From IMG/VR virus record IMGVR_UViG_3300037183_000125, positions 69,886 through 133,885 of that record: a stretch of 64,000 bases of DNA. The stretch is one strand, 5' to 3'. Numbering within the stretch: the stretch's first letter is position 1; every line of letters begins with the position of its first letter. This stretch comes from a virus. Taxonomy: Duplodnaviria; Caudoviricetes. A model generated the notes under the pieces. That model did no database searches. It was not told where the DNA came from and saw only the letters and a list, made by a program, of their open reading frames with translations. Made by a program: the position numbers and the translations under genes. Shown here piece after piece: positions 10,620 to 22,300 of the stretch.

Positions 10620-13600
10620 ATCTGGCTGAAAATCAAGAGTTTTTGCTGATCGGCCAACATCCTGGCGAGGTTGGAGACGCGGCGCGCGTCGGCCTGCGAC
10701 TCCTTGACCAGGTTGCCGTCCTGACGGTCAACACGTTGATTTACTAAAATGTATCTCGTGTCATAGAGCTTTCCGTCCACGAGAACCTTCTGAAAGGCGA
10801 CGAGGTAGGCCGCGAGCTGGGCCTGGCGAGCGGCCAAGGAGGTAAGGCGGGCGGGGACGCCGGACGGACTGAGGGAGGCGAACCAGGCAAGTGTCAGGGC
10901 GTAGAAGGCAGCGGTCTCCCGGAGGAACTGGGAGACCACGCCCCACTGGGAGGCCTTCAGGAAGGACTCAGGCTGGATCACCTGGTACGACGTCGACCCC
11001 GGGGACGGGAAGGCGACGAACGGGGAGACCGCGTCGAGGGTCAGGACGTGAGAGGCGACCGAGGAGACCCTGTAGAGCCCGAAGTTGGCGCCGCCGGGGA
11101 CGAAGACGAGGGAGCCCGCCACGACGCCTGCTAGGATGAAGCTGGCGAAAGGGTCCGTCAGCGTCAGCCCCGCGGCCGTGCCGGACCCGCTGGCCAGGAC
11201 GGGGCCCGAGTACTGAATGAGGACGACGGCGGTCGAGATCTCCGAGGTCAGACGCCCAACGACGGCGGGAGGGACGGCGGAGGCGGCCACGTTGGTGGCG
11301 AGGACGCCGATCTCGGCCGCGACTATGTCCGAGAGGAACAGGCCGACGACCGAGACCTCGAAATTGCTTCCCGGGTCCGGGAAGTTCAGCTGCGCGACCT
11401 TAAAGGTGGTCGCGGTGGAGGAGAGGACCGTGAAGGGGGTGCCGACGTTCGGGCCGCTGAGGAAGAGGACCGAGGCCCCTGGCGAGACGGGCAAAGTGGA
11501 CGAGACGAGAAGGGAGAGCGAGGATACCGGCCTGCTCAGGGCGTCCACGACCAAAGGGGTGCCGACCTGAAAGTGGGAGCCGTCGACGATCGCCGTGACC
11601 TGACGGACAGCCCCGGCGTTCGGGCCCGAGACGAACGTGAAGAAGTCGCCGACAGCGACGAACAGGGTGGAGGCGACCACGTCCAGACCGCCGGCCGCCA
11701 CCTGGGCCGCCCCGACAGCAGACTTGGCGTTTCCGACGCCCGATATGACCGCGGTCTCGTCGGCCAGGAGGGCGGACTCGTTAACGTACTCGAGCCGGGG
11801 GGCCGGAACCAGCCCGTCGTCATTCAGGGTAGAACCGTCGAGGGCCGGTATACGCCGGGCCGACATGTCCTTGTTGCCGAAATTGACGGCCCCCTGGATG
11901 ACCTCGTTTCCCCAGACCTGGAGCTGACCACCCCCGAGGGCGGGAATGAAGGGCGGACCCACCGTGATGTTCTTTAGCTGGCCGTTTGCCGGGTCGACCG
12001 AGATGTCGCGTCCCGGCTGATAGAAATGGTTCGAGGTGGCGGTCGGGGTCACGGGGACGGCCGAGACGTCCTGAAGGATGCTGCCTGAGCCAAGGGTGGT
12101 GGCAACGTCGAGGGTGACGACGAAGGGCCCGGTGCCGGTGACGGAGACAACGTTTCCGGCCACGTCCGGGCTCCCGTCGGGAGCGAAGACCCGGACCTGC
12201 TGGCCCGCCGCGAAGGGAGGAACCAGAAGGTCCTGTTGGCCGTTCTCGGCGACCGTGTACGCCATGCCCGAGACGGAGGTGAAGAATTGGCTGGCGGGGG
12301 CGCTGGACAGGGTGCCGACGGACTGGATGTTCTCTATCCCGAGGCTCCCGAGCGTGGATCCGCGCTGGGCGGAGGAGACCTGGTTGTTGATCGCCGCCGC
12401 GGCCTCAAGCTGGGTCGGGAAGATCCGGGACAGCGCGTTCGGGAAGGCCATAGTCCCGTAGACGGGAGTGCTGGAGAACGTGAAGAAGCCGGTAAGACTG
12501 ATCTTGTCGTAGAGCTTGATCCGGTCGTCGATGTCGTTCGTCACCTGGGCGTACGTCTGGCGCGGAGGGTTGTCGAAGTTGTCGTCGAAGCGGAACCGCC
12601 CTGAGGACCCACCGACCACGCGACCGTCGATGTCGGCCAGAAGGTCCTCGTAGTAGTTTATCAGGTCGTTGTAGAAGAGCAGAAGTCTCGCCGTCACGAA
12701 GTCGAGGTTCCCCTGATGCTGCTGCTCGAAGTAGAGGCTCGGCCGGCCGAAGTCCTTGTTCGCCATGCCCGTCGCACTCTGCGTGTTCGGGCCCGAGCTG
12801 CCGGACGAGGTGGCGCCAGCGCGCAGGAGGTCCTGCACCTCCGGGATGAAGGAGAGGACGGTCTCCACGCGGTAGAAGAAGGTGTCCGGCGCGTACAGGA
12901 CGTAGTCGGAGGCCAGCCTCTGGCCGGCGAGACCGTTGGCCGGGCCCGGGGCAATGGCGTACGAGTAGTTCAGCGAAAGGACGGTCCCGGCGGGCTGAGT
13001 GACGAACGCCACGTACAGAGCGTAGAGCTCATCGCCGAACCCGACCTGCTCCCTCAGGACGAACGAGCCGCCGGCCGTCACGTCGTAGTCGACACCCTGC
13101 ACGAGGACGGACGGAGAGGAGCCCATGCGAACGAGGTCGAACGGGAAGGACAGGTCCGCCTGGAACGTCGTCTGGAACGTCTTCCCGGGAAGGAAGACGG
13201 GACGAACGCTCCGGTCCACGGCCGGGACGATATAGTTCGCGCGAGCAGGGGAGGCGACGGTGACGCGCGTATTGACCGACGAGGGGACGAACTGGGACGA
13301 AATGACGACGTAGGCATCGTCGCCCAGGGAAACGACGGTCCCGCCCCTGTACTCGGAGGTGACGTCGCCGGCCACGACGAAAGAGTTGGAGCCGGCGATG
13401 AACTGGCCTACAGCGGCCATCTCGGGGACGAAGTACGAAGGCTGGAGCGGGGCGCAGGAGAGCACGGCCGCCCCGGAGGAATCCGAGGCGAGGCCAGAGC
13501 CGGAGAGCGTGATGGTCGTGACGTCCGAGGAGGAGTCGTAGACGGAGGAGGCGACGAAGGCCGCCTGGATCTGGCCGACCCACAGGACGGAGTCCGCCTG

Positions 13601-16057
13601 CACGGCCGAGGTCTGGTCCCCGTTCATCGTCACGACGGTCTGGCCGGCGGCGATCTCCAGGGAGTCGAGGTCCATCGGCTGGACCGCGAGGTTGAACGAG
13701 GTCTCGCCGCCGAGAGCCTCCTGCACGAAGTAGTCGAGGACGACCGTCTGGCCGTCAATCACCGGGTTCGCCAGGCGGAGGGTCCCGGGGGCCTGGAACT
13801 GGAAGAACTCGGGGTCCAGGGGGACGCCGCTCACATAGACCTTGAAGCCGGCCACCGGGGCGACGGTTCGGCCCTCGGGGTTGAAGATGACGAGGGAGGA
13901 TCCTGGCGTGGAGGCGGCGGTCTCCTGCCGGACCTTGAAGGTCCCGAGCTCGACGAGGTTCACGGGCGTGTAGGTGGCCCCGTCGTCCGTGGTAACGAGC
14001 CCGACGTAGGTCGCCATGTACGAGATGCCGGGCGGGGCGGGAGACGTCAGGTTGACCTGGCTCACGCTCGGGAGCACCGTGTAGCCGCTACGCGGGACGG
14101 CCGTGAAGGGGCCGGAGGGTCCGGGGCCGGAGGCGAGCGAGAACTTCTTGTACGGAGGGTCGACCGGGGTCCAGAACCGGTCGACAACGACGTCGGCCTC
14201 GGACCTGACGTCGAAGGTTATGGGGCCCGTCTGCGCGAAGGCCGGGGAGACAGCGCCCCTCCCCAGGTTGACGGACGAGATGCGTCGAATTCCGACATTC
14301 GGGCCCGTGTGGACGAGGACGTACTTTCCGACGTCCGCGGGGACGAACCCGACGGCGGGGTCGAGGAAGAACAGGGAGGCCGTGGGGACGACGCCGGAGA
14401 GGGCGGAGCCGTCGCCCGGGCCGTTCTGCCCCATGGGCTCTGTGAAGCTCAGGGTCCCGGTCGTGGCGTCGAAGTCGAAGTCGACGCCGGGCTCTACCGG
14501 GACGCCGTCCCTGGAAGCGACGAAGCCGAGCGGGGAGATGGCGGCGTCCGCGAGCTTCACGGCCGGGACGGCGTTCTGGAGGGTGAGGGAGACAGTCTTC
14601 CGGAAGACGAACTTGAACTGCTTCCTGTCGAGGTCTAGCAGGTAGGCGGCGCCCTGCTGGGCCGGGTTCGTCCCGTCCGCGAGGGCCCCCGTGAAGGTCC
14701 CGGAGCTCGAGGGCCCCTGCTCTATACGGTAGACCAGGGACGAGTCCGTGACAGGGACCGTCGGGAGCATGACAAAGGGGGCCTGCGAGATCCCGTCGAC
14801 GATGACCTGGTCGTCCACCGGGTAGGCGATGGTGAAGTCCGGGACCTGGGACTCGCCAGAGCCGTTCACGCCGCTGCGGAAGACCTGGAAGGAGACGCCC
14901 TCCTCGACGGGCATCAGGGAGTCGAGGTACGAGAACGACCATGACGAGAACTCGAAGGCGTCGGCGGCCGCAAAGTATGCCTGCCCCGTGTCGGTCCTGA
15001 CGACGACGGTCCCCGTCAGGGGGGCCTTCGCCGGGGCCGCGTCCGACGGGACGACGGTCCAGTAGGTCCTCGCCGAGCCGGCCTTCTCCGCGTACACGAC
15101 GTACCGCTGGTCGATCAGGCCGACGGAGTCTACCGGGACCGAGAAGGAGGCGGACGGCCAGGCGACCGGCGGGGAGACCGCGGTGCTGGCCGGGGCGACC
15201 GAGGCAAGGACGACGCCGTCGTAGTAGACGCCCTGACCGGCGAACCCGTCCACGTCCGAGGGGGAGAGGACGACGCGGCCGGTGTCGGCCGACCAGGCGA
15301 AAGTGCCGGCGGCGGGGACCGGAAGGTCGGCCTCCGTGGCGTACTCCGTGCCCGGGAGCTGGCGGCCGTAGTTGATGCGGACGAGCGGCGTCTGCCCCGT
15401 CCCGGGGCGCGGGCTCGTGAACAGGAAGTAGGGGACCTCGGAGGAGGCCGGGAGCGTCCCGATGCGGCCGGACGACGACTGGCGGTCGAAAAAGCTCTGT
15501 CGCTGGCACAGGACGTCCGCGCCGCCGTAAATAGAGACGTCCGAGGCGGAAAAGTTGAGCTTCCCGTCCTTGGAGGAGAGCTGGACCGTCCCGCCGGGGA
15601 GGGAGGACGGGGGCGTGAAGTCCGCGGCCTCGCCCACGATGACCACCGTGAAGGTCACGGCGCGCACCGGAGAGCCGACGTAGAGCGCGAAGGGGGCGCT
15701 CGCCACGGACAGGTCCGGGATCGGGGCGACGACGCGCTTGTCGTTCGACAGCAGGCCAAGCACGTCAGGGGTCGAGCCCGGGGACGTGATCCAGCGCTTG
15801 GAGAACGAGTCGTAGGAGAAGCGGACGACGGTCGACTGGTTACGGGTCCAGCGGAACCGGAGCTCCGGATCCGCTATCTCGAGCGCGGCCTTGACCGGGT
15901 CGGTCGAGTACGCGATGAGGACGTACTCGGACCTCGCCGTCACGGCGTTGAACGCGGACGCGTTCGAGACCAAGTCCCTCGGAGGGTAGGAGTAGGGGTT
16001 GTTCCCCTCGCTGATCCTGACGCCCTCGAGGAGGGCTCCGCTGGTGTCAAAGGGCAT
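10616..16057 (-). CDS. Large beta-rich virion protein (baseplate/tail appendage)
   Basis: 1813 aa rich in S/T/V/G/P with repeated GVDFDFD/GVDYDV-type motifs; between the spike and wedge genes. Confidence 0.6.
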   Translation of the reverse strand: MPFDTSGALLEGVRISEGNNPYSYPPRDLVSNASAFNAVTARSEYVLIAYSTDPVKAALEIADPELRFRWTRNQSTVVRFSYDSFSKRWITSPGSTPDVLGLLSNDKRVVAPIPDLSVASAPFALYVGSPVRAVTFTVVIVGEAADFTPPSSLPGGTVQLSSKDGKLNFSASDVSIYGGADVLCQRQSFFDRQSSSGRIGTLPASSEVPYFLFTSPRPGTGQTPLVRINYGRQLPGTEYATEADLPVPAAGTFAWSADTGRVVLSPSDVDGFAGQGVYYDGVVLASVAPASTAVSPPVAWPSASFSVPVDSVGLIDQRYVVYAEKAGSARTYWTVVPSDAAPAKAPLTGTVVVRTDTGQAYFAAADAFEFSSWSFSYLDSLMPVEEGVSFQVFRSGVNGSGESQVPDFTIAYPVDDQVIVDGISQAPFVMLPTVPVTDSSLVYRIEQGPSSSGTFTGALADGTNPAQQGAAYLLDLDRKQFKFVFRKTVSLTLQNAVPAVKLADAAISPLGFVASRDGVPVEPGVDFDFDATTGTLSFTEPMGQNGPGDGSALSGVVPTASLFFLDPAVGFVPADVGKYVLVHTGPNVGIRRISSVNLGRGAVSPAFAQTGPITFDVRSEADVVVDRFWTPVDPPYKKFSLASGPGPSGPFTAVPRSGYTVLPSVSQVNLTSPAPPGISYMATYVGLVTTDDGATYTPVNLVELGTFKVRQETAASTPGSSLVIFNPEGRTVAPVAGFKVYVSGVPLDPEFFQFQAPGTLRLANPVIDGQTVVLDYFVQEALGGETSFNLAVQPMDLDSLEIAAGQTVVTMNGDQTSAVQADSVLWVGQIQAAFVASSVYDSSSDVTTITLSGSGLASDSSGAAVLSCAPLQPSYFVPEMAAVGQFIAGSNSFVVAGDVTSEYRGGTVVSLGDDAYVVISSQFVPSSVNTRVTVASPARANYIVPAVDRSVRPVFLPGKTFQTTFQADLSFPFDLVRMGSSPSVLVQGVDYDVTAGGSFVLREQVGFGDELYALYVAFVTQPAGTVLSLNYSYAIAPGPANGLAGQRLASDYVLYAPDTFFYRVETVLSFIPEVQDLLRAGATSSGSSGPNTQSATGMANKDFGRPSLYFEQQHQGNLDFVTARLLLFYNDLINYYEDLLADIDGRVVGGSSGRFRFDDNFDNPPRQTYAQVTNDIDDRIKLYDKISLTGFFTFSSTPVYGTMAFPNALSRIFPTQLEAAAAINNQVSSAQRGSTLGSLGIENIQSVGTLSSAPASQFFTSVSGMAYTVAENGQQDLLVPPFAAGQQVRVFAPDGSPDVAGNVVSVTGTGPFVVTLDVATTLGSGSILQDVSAVPVTPTATSNHFYQPGRDISVDPANGQLKNITVGPPFIPALGGGQLQVWGNEVIQGAVNFGNKDMSARRIPALDGSTLNDDGLVPAPRLEYVNESALLADETAVISGVGNAKSAVGAAQVAAGGLDVVASTLFVAVGDFFTFVSGPNAGAVRQVTAIVDGSHFQVGTPLVVDALSRPVSSLSLLVSSTLPVSPGASVLFLSGPNVGTPFTVLSSTATTFKVAQLNFPDPGSNFEVSVVGLFLSDIVAAEIGVLATNVAASAVPPAVVGRLTSEISTAVVLIQYSGPVLASGSGTAAGLTLTDPFASFILAGVVAGSLVFVPGGANFGLYRVSSVASHVLTLDAVSPFVAFPSPGSTSYQVIQPESFLKASQWGVVSQFLRETAAFYALTLAWFASLSPSGVPARLTSLAARQAQLAAYLVAFQKVLVDGKLYDTRYILVNQRVDRQDGNLVKESQADARRVSNLARMLADQQKLLIFSQI

Positions 16058-16063
16058 GGCGTG

Positions 16064-16070
16064 ACCTTAC
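16064..16070 (-). promoter_or_regulatory. GTAnnGT motif (GTAAGGT), 6 nt before ATG 16057
   Basis: Recurrent motif. Confidence 0.55.
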
Positions 16071-16072
16071 TC

Positions 16073-16657
16073 CTAAAGTATCTTCCCGATGCCGAATCCA
16101 GATCCGGGGAACGGGGAGCCGGCGCCGACGATGACGACCTGGCCCTGGGCGGTCGGGAGGACCTGGTCGAACCCCTGGGCTATGGCGGAGGCCAAGGCGG
16201 CGGAAGAGATCCCGACGAGGCCCGACCCGGCGAATGCTGAAACCATCGTCGGTATCGAGACTCCGGGGTTCGGGAGGACGGAGACGACCTTGCCGGCCCC
16301 GACACCGGTACCGGCGGCCGCGGTCAGGATCTGCGCCGCGAGGAGCGACTGGCAGAAGCCGATGGTGAGCGCGTTGATCAGAAGGTCCCGGTGGTTTCCG
16401 TTGATCCCGTACGAGGTGAAGGTGGACCTGAAGGACTGCGAGAGGGAGCCAGGGGGCACGATGAGCCCCACCCCGTTCCCGACGCCGGCGCCAAGGCTGC
16501 CGACGTCCGCGGTCGTGACCACGGGCGCGGCAAGCATGTACGAGCACCAGCCGGCGGAGACCGCGGCCGCAAGCTGGGCCGCGGATATCCCGAGGATGGA
16601 GTTCCCGGCCATCTCCGCCAGGAGCGCCGTGGCGACTACGGGAGGGACGAGCGCCAT
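16073..16657 (-). CDS. Small Gly/Ala-rich protein, possibly spike-associated
   Basis: 194 aa directly downstream of the spike gene; function inferred from position only. Confidence 0.5.
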   Translation of the reverse strand: MALVPPVVATALLAEMAGNSILGISAAQLAAAVSAGWCSYMLAAPVVTTADVGSLGAGVGNGVGLIVPPGSLSQSFRSTFTSYGINGNHRDLLINALTIGFCQSLLAAQILTAAAGTGVGAGKVVSVLPNPGVSIPTMVSAFAGSGLVGISSAALASAIAQGFDQVLPTAQGQVVIVGAGSPFPGSGFGIGKIL

Positions 16658-16660
16658 GAG

Positions 16661-18916
16661 TCAGGGGCCGATGAGGACCGTTGGTATGCCCAATATGGGT
16701 ATGCCGATCAAATAGTCAACATGGGGTGCCGGAGGACCGGGCACCCCCGCCACGACGTTGCCGACAACCGAGAGACCTATCTTGGTTGTGGGGGCCGCGA
16801 TGTTGGCGATAACGCCGGAGGACATGGTGGCGGAGACCCCGCCGGTCATCGTCGCGGTCCCGGCGCCCGCGGACAGGGCGAGGTTGCCCGCGCCGACCGT
16901 GGCCGTCATGTTCCCGGCGCCGACCGTCATGCCCATGTTGCCGGTGGCGACGTTGGAGAGCATGTTGCCGACCCCGACGGTGTCGGTGATGCCAGACCCG
17001 GCCGCGACGGTCCTCGTCATGCCGCCGGCCAGGACCGTGGCAGCGTCGACGCCCGCGACCATCAGCTTCGTGTCAGAAAGGGCGAAGGTTGACTGGCGGA
17101 ACTGCCCGTACATCTCGGTCGTCTTGCCGAGCACGGTCTGGTTCACGTCCCCGGCCGACTTCATCTTGTAGCCGCCGAAGCCGACGTTGTGCGTGATGGA
17201 GCTCGCCTCGACGGCCTCCGATCCGCCGACGTTCCGGACCACGTTGCCGCCGATGACGTCGAGCGTGGAGCCGCTCGCGCTCCTGAAGTCCGAGCCGCCG
17301 ACCATGGTCTCCCGGCCCTGGGTGCCGGCGTACGTCGTCCTGATCTTGCCGTGGAGGACAAGGTCGATGGACACCTGCTCGGGGCCGGTGGCGTTCGAGA
17401 AGTCCTGGAACGAGCCTATCTCGGCCCGGATGCCGCCCAGAGTGCGCAGGTCGATGCTCCGGCCCGTGTTCTCGTCCGCGCCGATGACGGCCTTCAGGAG
17501 GCCTAGGATGTTCGCGTCGACGGACTTGCCGCGGTCCTGAGCGGTCCCGGTCCGGGTCTTCGGGACGTGAAGGTAGACGCGGCCCTCCTTGGAGACGCCG
17601 AAGACGTACTGGTTGCTCGTCGTCGGGCTCTGGATCCGGAAGAGCCGGGCGAGCGCCTGGGTGTCCGCCTCGGTCTGGCTCGTCGTCGTGTCGACGGGCT
17701 GCAGGGACGGGGAGCTCGCGTTCGACTGCTGGTCCGGGTCGTCGAACACATGCATCTTGAGCACGCGCTTATAGAGCGAGCGGCCGGCCTCCGTGTACGG
17801 GTCATTGCCGACCACGGTCCCCTTGACGTCCTCGATGAAGATCGGCGGGACCTGGTCTATCTGGACGCCGTCGCCGTCCTCGGTGACGGCCATAACGCCG
17901 TCGCTCGTGTGCCTCAGGTCCGCGCGGTCCTCGACGTAGCACTGGTCGGTGTCGGCGAAGGACTGGTCGTGCTCGCCGGAGACGACGTAACTGGAGCGCT
18001 GTCCGTCCGGGAGGACGACGAAGGGGTAGAACGGGTCCTCCGGGTCGGACCCGACTGCGTCCACCGGGGTCCCGTCCGGGTTGATTAGCCCGAACTCAAG
18101 CAGCTTCTCGTACGCCTCGGACCCCGGCTCGACCTTGGTGACGATGGTGGTTACCCCGTCCGCGGAGGTCGTAAGCTTCCCGGCCGTGAACTTGTCGAAG
18201 CTGTCGGTCGAGGGGTCGAACCCGGAGATGGCGAGGTCGGGTAGAAAGTTGTAGGAACTGCGTCGGATGAGGCCGCGCCGGTAGGTGCCGGCGGCGTTGT
18301 TCGAGAGCTCGTTGACGGCCTGCAGGACAGCGGTCTGGTCCGAGTCCCGGAGCTCGAACTCGTTTCCCGCCCGGTTCGCCATGTGGGCGTTACGGTCGAG
18401 AAGTATCTCGCCGCCCTCTCCGGCCTGGGACAGGTAGTCGCCAGAGTAGGCCTTTCGAAGCTTGAGACGCGTGATCCCGAGGCCGAGGTGGGGATCGTCG
18501 AAGAGCTCAGGGGCGACGCGACGGACCTCCTCGGCGTCCGCCGGGTCTACGACCGAGAACGGGGCGAAGTCGCGCGCCGTGTATGTCCCGACCGTCATCC
18601 ACTCGGTTATGTAGGGCGCGAAGGTGTTCGCCCCGTACCGGCGCCACTGGATAATGCACTTGGAGCCTTGCTCGGGGATGGTCCCAGACCACGAACGGGG
18701 GCCGCCGCCGCCGGGGGCCGTAAGGGGGACGTCAAAGCGGACGCCGGTCCCAGTCTCGAGCTGGACGGAGCATACCATGGTCTCCACGTCCACGTGGAGA
18801 ACGCGACCGACCCAGAGGAGGCTCCGGGAGGCATCAGTCTCCTGGGACTGCATCCTCGGACCGCCGGGGTGCGGCCCGTTCGGGATAGGGCCCATATGAC
18901 TCGGATCGTGCGCCAT
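16661..18916 (-). CDS. Baseplate central spike (gp5/gpV/VgrG-like)
   Basis: N-terminal OB-fold-like segment (GRVLHVDVETMVCSVQL...IPEQGSKC) and C-terminal Gly/Val/Thr beta-helix repeats (VGAGNMTATVGAGNL); follows the hub gene. Confidence 0.7.
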   Translation of the reverse strand: MAHDPSHMGPIPNGPHPGGPRMQSQETDASRSLLWVGRVLHVDVETMVCSVQLETGTGVRFDVPLTAPGGGGPRSWSGTIPEQGSKCIIQWRRYGANTFAPYITEWMTVGTYTARDFAPFSVVDPADAEEVRRVAPELFDDPHLGLGITRLKLRKAYSGDYLSQAGEGGEILLDRNAHMANRAGNEFELRDSDQTAVLQAVNELSNNAAGTYRRGLIRRSSYNFLPDLAISGFDPSTDSFDKFTAGKLTTSADGVTTIVTKVEPGSEAYEKLLEFGLINPDGTPVDAVGSDPEDPFYPFVVLPDGQRSSYVVSGEHDQSFADTDQCYVEDRADLRHTSDGVMAVTEDGDGVQIDQVPPIFIEDVKGTVVGNDPYTEAGRSLYKRVLKMHVFDDPDQQSNASSPSLQPVDTTTSQTEADTQALARLFRIQSPTTSNQYVFGVSKEGRVYLHVPKTRTGTAQDRGKSVDANILGLLKAVIGADENTGRSIDLRTLGGIRAEIGSFQDFSNATGPEQVSIDLVLHGKIRTTYAGTQGRETMVGGSDFRSASGSTLDVIGGNVVRNVGGSEAVEASSITHNVGFGGYKMKSAGDVNQTVLGKTTEMYGQFRQSTFALSDTKLMVAGVDAATVLAGGMTRTVAAGSGITDTVGVGNMLSNVATGNMGMTVGAGNMTATVGAGNLALSAGAGTATMTGGVSATMSSGVIANIAAPTTKIGLSVVGNVVAGVPGPPAPHVDYLIGIPILGIPTVLIGP

Positions 18917-18924
18917 CTGGAACT

Positions 18925-18931
18925 ACGGTAC
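18925..18931 (-). promoter_or_regulatory. GTAnnGT motif (GTACCGT), 8 nt before ATG 18916
   Basis: Recurrent motif. Confidence 0.5.
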
Positions 18932-18950
18932 CCATAGCAGGCTAACGCGG

Positions 18951-18957
18951 GTAGAGT
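18951..18957 (+). promoter_or_regulatory. GTAnnGT motif (GTAGAGT), 5 nt before ATG 18963
   Basis: Recurrent motif; no SD. Confidence 0.55.
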
Positions 18958-18962
18958 CGTCC

Positions 18963-19370
18963 ATGGCAACAGTCCAGGCCACGAACATAGGCGGAGTCAT
19001 CGTCCCGGGAGCCCACTGGAAAGTGAAGAGCCTAGGAAATATATCGGCCGGGGATGTGGTGAAGGTGAGCCTCGTGTTCGATGACGAGAAGCTGGAGAAA
19101 TACCTGTCCCGGATCAGCGTCCAGGAGGTAACCTACGAGCGCGAGGATGACGAGCGGAGTTCGGTGATCCTCGGGTTCATGGTGGAGAGGTTCACGCACT
19201 TCCTGGATCAGGCGGCGGAGGAGCCGGACATCGAGAGCATGGCCTGGCTCAAGCCGATGAACCGGACCGTGGAGGCCATCATCCTATTTCTCCTGGACCG
19301 CGAGAACTGCGATCCGAAGTTCCTTTCCCTCATCGGCGTCAAGAGGAAGGAGGAGTCAGCGAACGCGTAG
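18963..19370 (+). CDS. Hypothetical protein (opposite strand, between hub and spike)
   Basis: 135-aa ORF filling the gap, with its own promoter-like motif. Confidence 0.65.
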   Translation: MATVQATNIGGVIVPGAHWKVKSLGNISAGDVVKVSLVFDDEKLEKYLSRISVQEVTYEREDDERSSVILGFMVERFTHFLDQAAEEPDIESMAWLKPMNRTVEAIILFLLDRENCDPKFLSLIGVKRKEESANA

Positions 19371-22300
19371 GTCCGGGGGCTGCCCCGGGTTTATGGTCTG
19401 ACCTATCTTCGGGGAGACGCCCGGGGGCTGGAACTGAGGCTGGACGCCTGGCTGCGGGCCACGGGAGGGGCCGGAGCCCACGCTCGTCCCGGAAATGCCG
19501 ACAGTCCCGGCGTTGACGAGGCCTCCCTTGGAAGAGTCCCAGATGGAGCCCGGGAGGTCCGAGATCGCGGACCCAAGCTGCTGCTTTGCGTTCGTGAAGG
19601 AAGCGTTGAACTCGGCGTCCGCCTGCTTCGTCCTCCCGAAGTTGAAGTTGGCCTGGCCCTGGAGAGAACGTAGGGCGGCGGGGTCGCCCTGCGCCGCCCG
19701 GCCGAAGAGAGCGGACTGCGGGTCCGACACAAGGTTGTCCGATTCCGTTCCCTCGTTCGGCCGGACGACGGTCTTCCCGCCGTTCTTGTCGTACGACTCG
19801 CGCTGGGCGTTCGAGTCGTAGTCCCTGGTGAACTTGTCCGTCAGGAACTTGTTCAGGACGTTGAAAAAGCCGCCCGGGGAGTCGAGCGTGAAGCCGTTCC
19901 CGACTACGGCGTTCGTCAGAAGCTGGGAGTCGGCTTCCGACACGGCCTTGGCACCGACGACGCCGGAAATGCCGCTGCTCGCTATCTCGCCCTCGGACGG
20001 GGCGCCCTCGGACAGGGCGGTGGCCGCGTCCCCCGAGATGCCGGCCGGGGTCGAAAGGACGGGGCCGAGGAGCTGCCGGACGATGTTAAGCGGAAGGATG
20101 GAGAGCCAGGTGGTCTTCCCGAGGACGCAGGTGCAGTCGTTATATCCGACCGTGGAGAGGCCGCCCTTGACGGTCGGCGAGAGCTCGGCCAGGGTCTGCG
20201 CGCGCCGGACAGCGTCCGCCTCCGCGAACACAGCGACGCCAGCCTTCGTCCGGGCGTTGTTGATGGAGTCCGTGTACGTTGACTGGCCGACGAGGGAGAG
20301 CTGCTGGACGGTCGCGTCCGGGGCGTAGTTCGAGCCCTTGAAGGAGGCGCCCGTCACATAGTCGTCCGGCGACATGCGCTCGAACATCTCGCCATAGTTC
20401 GCCGACTGGGGGCCGAGGTTACCCTGGACCGGGTTGTCCGTCAGGAGGCCGCCGACGGGGGCGAACTGAATGTCGAGCTTGTTGACCGAAGTGCTCGGGT
20501 TGGCGTTCCGCTCGTCCGGGTTCGGAAGCTGGACCTGCCCGCGGTCGATGAACGTCCCCCGGCCGTACCGGTAGTGGCCGATGACCTCGAACCCGAACTC
20601 GTCGGAAACGGGGCGGATCATGATGCTGATCGGGGTCAGCTTCCGGATGGACTGGGACTCCGCGGTCTTGACCTTGATCTGGTTCTGGATGTTCGTCAGG
20701 TTCGCGGCCGCTGCCGCTGCCGCTTCCTTCAGGAGCGTCACCTGGTTCGTCAGCTGCGAAGCGGCGGCCGAGAGTTCGTTCCCCTGAGGGGGGTTCTTCT
20801 TCGAGAACGCGGCGAGGGCCTGGTCGGCGGTGAGAGAGGCAGCCTTGGCAGCCTTGGCAGCCGCTATGGCGGCGGTCCGTTGACCCTGTAAGTCCTTGAG
20901 ATCTGAAGCAAGAGACTCCTGCCGTTCTTTGTTCCCGACGGCAGCGTCGCCCTCCGGGGACGAGTCCTTCGAGTCCCACGTTATCTTGTCGGCCGGAACA
21001 ACGGCGAACTCCAAGAAGTTGCCGCTGGCATCATGGGCATAGTCGTAGACCCCGGCGTTCGTCATCCCGGCCTCGTACCGATTGAGGCGAAGCCGGTCGA
21101 CAATCTCAGCCCGGCGACTGCTTGCGAGGTCGGCGAGGATGTTACCAGAAATCTGGTTATAGGAAAAGTTCGGGCCAGAAGGCTTCTGTTTATCCTGTGT
21201 CTTCGGCTTCGCCCCCTTCGTGCTCCCGCTCTGCTGGAGGACGCGCTGTAGCGTGACCCCGTCCAAGGTCTGGCGGTAGACCATGACGGCGTTCGGGTAA
21301 CCGAGGAGCGCTCCCGTCTTGGGATTACGCAGGACCATCGGCCCGCCATAGTCGGCGGTCTGGCCCGTCTCGGTGAGGCTCGTAGTCTGGCCAACGTCCG
21401 AGGGAAAGCTAACAGAATAGGTTTTCTCGCTGGTCGACTTGATCGTGCCGATATTCTTCGGGGCGATGAACTTCTGGCGCTTCGCCTTGAGAGTCAGGGT
21501 CGACGTAGCCTGGCCGCCGACGGAGAACCCGTGCGATATGCTTGAGACGTAGAAGAAGGCGTCATACCTCGGGATCCAGACGGGGAAGCCAATCTTGAGC
21601 TCAGGGCGCATGGGGATCGTTATGGTCCCGGACTCGCGCTTCGAGTTGATCTTGTCGATCTGGTCAAGAAGGTGGAAGAAAAGCTTCTTCGCGTCGGCCG
21701 CCCAGTTAACCTGGACGTCGAGACGCCGCCAGCCGTAGCGCTTAAGGAGGTGAAAGTCTATAACGCCGGTGCGGGGCGTCGTGATGTCCGAGTTCAGGCC
21801 ATAGTCCATGCTCCCATTGCTGAACGCGTCGCCGTGCGAGGTGACGTGCGTGTACACGTCCTGCTCGTTGTCGGAGATCGAGTCGTCCATGATCTCGAAG
21901 TCCTGAATCCAGGAGACAGGCTTGTTCGGAAGCACGTTCATATTGTAGAACGGCGGCTTGAAGACGATGTCGCCGGTCGGGTCACAGTAGAGCTCGAACC
22001 CGCCAGCCTGGTCGCGCGCCGTGACGGCTATCTCGAGCTTTGTCTGACTCTCCGTCTGGAAAAAATTTATCTGGGCAGCCTTCGAAAGCTCCTGCTTCCA
22101 GACCGCGTTCTCAAACGGGTTGACCTTGAACAAGGATGTGGCTGGGTTGGCGCTAAGGTTCTTCGCCTCCTGCTCAAAGAGCTGCTGCGATATCTGAAGA
22201 GGGGACACATTCCCGGACAGGCCGCTGAAGGAGTACGCTTGGCCGCTCGTCCCGTACATGACAAGACTGTTCCAGATATTCCCGAACTTCAGCTGCCAGT